Below are positions 60,801-64,000 of a DNA stretch of 64,000 nt, piece after piece. The notes under the pieces are model-generated. The model did not search any database and had not been told where the DNA came from. It saw nothing but the letters and a program-made list of their open reading frames with translations. The stretch's first letter is position 1; the number at the start of each line of letters is the position of its first letter. A program made the translations under genes and the position numbers. This DNA is from Clostridiales bacterium (GTDB lineage: Bacteria; Bacillota; Clostridia; Oscillospirales; CAG-382). Location of the stretch: assembly GCA_003343885.1 (NCBI GenBank), contig QAKH01000079.1, positions 60,607 to 124,606 of the forward strand. Direction: 5' to 3'.

Positions 60801-63077
60801 ATGAGGTTCCCTCACTATACCCAACTCGATGCAATGGATTGCGGCCCGACGTCGCTGCGGATCGTCGCGCAGTTCTACGGCCGGCATTACTCGCTGCAAA
60901 ATCTGCGCGAGCGGTGCCACATCACGCGCGAAGGCGTCTCTCTGCTGGGGATCAGCGATGCTGCGGAGTCGATCGGTTTCCGTACTACGGGCGTCAAGAT
61001 CACGTGGCATCAACTGCGCGACGAAGCCAACCTGCCGTGCATCGTCCACTGGAACCAGCAGCATTTCGTGGTGGTCTACAGAATCGCCCGCAAACGCGGT
61101 AAATGGTGGGTATATGTCTCCGATCCGGCATCGGGACTGCTCAAATACACCGAGGAGCAGTTTCTGAAGGCATGGATACAAAGTCGGGAACTGCCGAACC
61201 GCACGGAATCGGCCGCTCGCCCGCAGCAGGAAGTCCCTTCGCTCGCTTCCGCCGATTTCCTTGCCGGCCCGGCCAACGGCAAAGGCATCGCCCTGTTGCT
61301 GGAGCCTACGCCCCAATTCTACAAGGAAAAGGGCGACGAGGACAAGCGGCTGAAACTGGGTTATCTGCTGCAATATCTGCGGCCCTATAAAAACTACCTT
61401 GCACAGCTCGCGCTGGCGATGCTCACAGCCAGCATACTGAGCCTTATCCTGCCGTTCCTCACACAGTCGGTCGTCGACAAGGGCATCGGTACGGGCAATC
61501 TCTCGTTCGTGGTGATGATGCTCATCGCCCAAGTGGTGCTGGTGTTGGGCCAGTTGGCCAATAACCTCATCCGCTCGTGGCTGATGCTACACATGACCAC
61601 CCGGATCAGCATTTCGCTCATCTCGGACTTTTTGGCCAAGCTCATGCGTCTTCCGATCGCCTTCTTCGATTCGAAGATGGTGGGCGACATCATGCAGCGC
61701 ATCGGCGACTACGACCGCATTCAGTCGTTCCTCACGGGCTCGTTGCTGAGCATGGCGATGGCCGTCGTGTCGTTCGTCATCTACGGAGCCGTGATGGGCG
61801 GCTACGACCCGACGATTCTCGGCATCTTCCTGTTGGGCAGTGCACTCTACATCGGCTGGATCCTGCTCTTCATGAAGCGTCGCCGCAAGCTCGACTACAT
61901 GCGCTTCCAAGAGGCGGCAGCCAACCAGAGCAACATCGTGCAGCTCATCAATGGTATGCAGGACATCAAACTCAACGACTGCGAAAAACAGAAACGCTGG
62001 GAATGGGAGCGCATTCAGGCGCGGCTGTTCCAAGTCTCCATCAAAGGGCTCGTTCTGGGGCAGACGCAGGAGGTGGGCGGCACGTTCATCGACCAGACCA
62101 AGAACGTCGTCATCTCGTTCCTCGCAGCCTCGGCCGTCATCGAGGGCGATATGACCCTCGGCATGATGGTCGCCCTGCAATACATCATCGGTCAGCTCAA
62201 CGCACCGCTGTCGCAGTTCATCCAATTCGTGCAGGCGACGCAGGATGCGAAGATCTCGCTCGAACGCCTTTCGGAAATTCAGGAGAAAGACGACGAGGAG
62301 CCGGCCGACGAAGAACGCATCCGCATGATTCCCGACAATGCCGACATCGAATTCCGGGGCGTAACGTTCCAATACGACGGCCCGCACTCGGCCAAAGCGC
62401 TCGACGACGTGTCGGTAACGATCCCGGCGGACAAGGTTACGGCCATTGTCGGGGCGAGCGGCTCGGGGAAGACCACGATGCTCAAGCTGATGCTGGGCTT
62501 CTACACGCCGACCTCGGGCGAAGTGCTGCTCCATGACCGCCGCATCGCGCAGTACAGCCCGTCGTGCTGGCGCCGGGCATGCGGTACGGTCATGCAGGAG
62601 GGATACATCTTTTCGGATACCATAGCCGGTAATATCGGCGTCTCGGACGAACGGCCCGACATGGAGCGGGTGCGCCGCGCCACGCGCATCGCCAACATCG
62701 ACACCTTCATCGACGAACTGCCCTTGGGCTACAACACGAAGATCGGTGCCGACGGACACGGACTGAGCGTCGGGCAGAAACAGAGGCTTCTGATCGCGCG
62801 GGCCGCCTACAAGGATGCGAAGTACCTCTTCTTCGACGAGGCGACCAACTCTTTGGACGCGAACAACGAACGCACGATCATGGAGCGCCTCGACCGGCTC
62901 TTCGAGAACAAGACGGTCGTGGTGGTGGCGCACCGCCTCTCGACGGTCCGCAATGCCGACAAAATCGTCGTATTGGACCACGGACGCATCGTCGAACAGG
63001 GTACGCACGACGAGCTGACGGCCAAACGGGGATATTATTACGAACTGGTGAGAAATCAGTTGGAATTGGGAAATTGA
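60801..63077 (+). CDS. Bacteriocin/RiPP-processing ABC transporter with an N-terminal C39 peptidase domain
   Basis: The C39 catalytic Cys lies in QLDAMDCGPTSL and the His in HWNQQHFVVVY. Six TM segments are present. Walker A GASGSGKTT, signature LSVGQKQR and Walker B LFFDEATNSLD. Confidence 0.9.
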   Translation: MRFPHYTQLDAMDCGPTSLRIVAQFYGRHYSLQNLRERCHITREGVSLLGISDAAESIGFRTTGVKITWHQLRDEANLPCIVHWNQQHFVVVYRIARKRGKWWVYVSDPASGLLKYTEEQFLKAWIQSRELPNRTESAARPQQEVPSLASADFLAGPANGKGIALLLEPTPQFYKEKGDEDKRLKLGYLLQYLRPYKNYLAQLALAMLTASILSLILPFLTQSVVDKGIGTGNLSFVVMMLIAQVVLVLGQLANNLIRSWLMLHMTTRISISLISDFLAKLMRLPIAFFDSKMVGDIMQRIGDYDRIQSFLTGSLLSMAMAVVSFVIYGAVMGGYDPTILGIFLLGSALYIGWILLFMKRRRKLDYMRFQEAAANQSNIVQLINGMQDIKLNDCEKQKRWEWERIQARLFQVSIKGLVLGQTQEVGGTFIDQTKNVVISFLAASAVIEGDMTLGMMVALQYIIGQLNAPLSQFIQFVQATQDAKISLERLSEIQEKDDEEPADEERIRMIPDNADIEFRGVTFQYDGPHSAKALDDVSVTIPADKVTAIVGASGSGKTTMLKLMLGFYTPTSGEVLLHDRRIAQYSPSCWRRACGTVMQEGYIFSDTIAGNIGVSDERPDMERVRRATRIANIDTFIDELPLGYNTKIGADGHGLSVGQKQRLLIARAAYKDAKYLFFDEATNSLDANNERTIMERLDRLFENKTVVVVAHRLSTVRNADKIVVLDHGRIVEQGTHDELTAKRGYYYELVRNQLELGN

Positions 63078-63090
63078 ATTTGATCGGAAA

Positions 63091-64000
63091 ATGTTTCAGA
63101 CCATGAGAATCAAAGTATTGTTTATCTTCATTTCCCTGCTTGTTGTTTGCCCGACACATGGACAGGATAGCTATGTCTCGCCCAAAATAGAGGAGTATAT
63201 CGATTTTATCGACGACTGCCATACCTCACCCGTAGATTATGTAATGGGGCTGTTCGACAGATACGACGTCGTTATTCTGGGTGAACGGGATCACCGGGAC
63301 ACGACGCAATACGACCTGATCGAGCAGATTATGTCCGACCCCCGGTTTATCGATCAGGTCGGGCTTATAATGACAGAGGTCGGGGTTTACAACATGGCCG
63401 GAACGGTCGATTGCATCGTCAACGCCAGTTATGCGTCGGATCGGGAGTTCGAGACCGCGCTATGGGATGCCTATCAAAATCTGGATTACACGCCTTTGTG
63501 GGAGAATACCAATTTCCATCAGTACCTCTGTTCCGTTTATCGGATCAACAAGCGTCTCCCGACGGAAAAAAAGCTGCATATCTCATGTACCGACGTTCCG
63601 TTTTCATGGCATCAGACGGAAGGGCTGACGCACGAACAATTTCAGGATTTCCTGCACATATGGGATTACAAAGACATCGTTATGGGCAACAACGCCTTGA
63701 CGGAGTTGTATAAATTGTTCGACGGCCCCGATCCACGTAAAAAAGCATTGATCATTTTCAACTCGCCGCACTCCTTTTTAACCGGTCCGAACAGCCGACC
63801 GGCCCCCTACGCCGGGCAGATCATCGCGGAGCGATTTCCGGGCCGGGTCGCCAACGTGGCGATTAACTGGGCAAAAAGGCGGAATGGGTATCGGGGCCTG
63901 ACGCAAAACGGGAAATGGGATGCTGCATTTGCTGCGTGCGGAAACAAAAGCATTGGATTCGATCTGGCGGGCACGCCTTTCGGGGAGGATCGGTTCGACT
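63091..64000 (+). CDS. Secreted hypothetical protein (3' partial; runs off the window)
   Basis: The ORF is absent from the supplied track because no stop is reached; I translated it by hand in frame 1 without finding stops. Signal peptide MFQTMRIKVLFIFISLLVVCPTHGQ. VVILGERDHRD faintly recalls ChaN/Tiki-type GE..H proteins (weak). Confidence 0.6.
   Translation, partial: MFQTMRIKVLFIFISLLVVCPTHGQDSYVSPKIEEYIDFIDDCHTSPVDYVMGLFDRYDVVILGERDHRDTTQYDLIEQIMSDPRFIDQVGLIMTEVGVYNMAGTVDCIVNASYASDREFETALWDAYQNLDYTPLWENTNFHQYLCSVYRINKRLPTEKKLHISCTDVPFSWHQTEGLTHEQFQDFLHIWDYKDIVMGNNALTELYKLFDGPDPRKKALIIFNSPHSFLTGPNSRPAPYAGQIIAERFPGRVANVAINWAKRRNGYRGLTQNGKWDAAFAACGNKSIGFDLAGTPFGEDRFD

Noticed and set aside
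61587-63008. 473-aa - strand ORF opposite the ABC transporter (also 51567..53012 opposite the thioredoxin gene, 19233..20558, 32565..33737 and 15520..16704)
   Set aside because: The same reasoning applies. They are antisense to genes with unambiguous catalytic motifs and are typical GC-rich shadow ORFs.

Overview
The window splits into two parts. (1) 1 to ~39.8 kb is a partial tailed-phage or prophage genome that runs off the left edge. It is GC-rich and almost entirely on the + strand, with many ATGA/TGATG-coupled genes. It holds the tape-measure C-terminus, a P2/Mu-like baseplate set (gpD-like hub, spike-like, J-like, I-like), a 2044-aa fibre and a second 855-aa fibre. It then carries a self-contained replication module (gp32-like SSB, SbcD/SbcC, a sigma-70-family factor, DnaB-like helicase, primase, a DnaE polymerase split into two coupled genes, a guanylate-kinase-like gene and a DnaQ-like exonuclease). 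The last genes are a small terminase and four small membrane or coiled-coil proteins. Three opposite-strand AT-richer inserts look like morons: a DUF1016/YhcG-type nuclease, a 70-aa basic protein with its own Bacteroidetes-type promoter, and a two-gene cassette with an abortive-infection-like membrane protein. (2) ~40-64 kb is chromosomal-looking accessory DNA. It holds an HTH repressor-like gene, a TetR regulator, an alpha-oxoamine-synthase-family PLP enzyme, and a ~20-kb double-glycine peptide island. The island has a radical SAM/SPASM maturase, a pseudo-rSAM paralogue and six GG-leader precursor genes of two families. Each precursor is preceded by the same gap-free 50-nt core at a fixed 121-124 nt from its ATG, and five of six are followed by a strong hairpin. 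Each is paired with secreted or membrane accessory genes (double-DTG aspartic protease-PDZ x2, GLPGLI x3, TlpA-like thioredoxin, a TonB-type barrel, a VKOR-thioredoxin fusion). The island ends with a C39-peptidase ABC exporter whose decayed 5' end is duplicated ~0.7 kb upstream. TAnnTTTG promoters, GLPGLI proteins and GG-Bacteroidales-type precursors point to a GC-rich Bacteroidales host (inference). No rRNA, tRNA, CRISPR array, integrase or transposase was recognised. All homology calls are by-eye motif recognition, and no searches were run.
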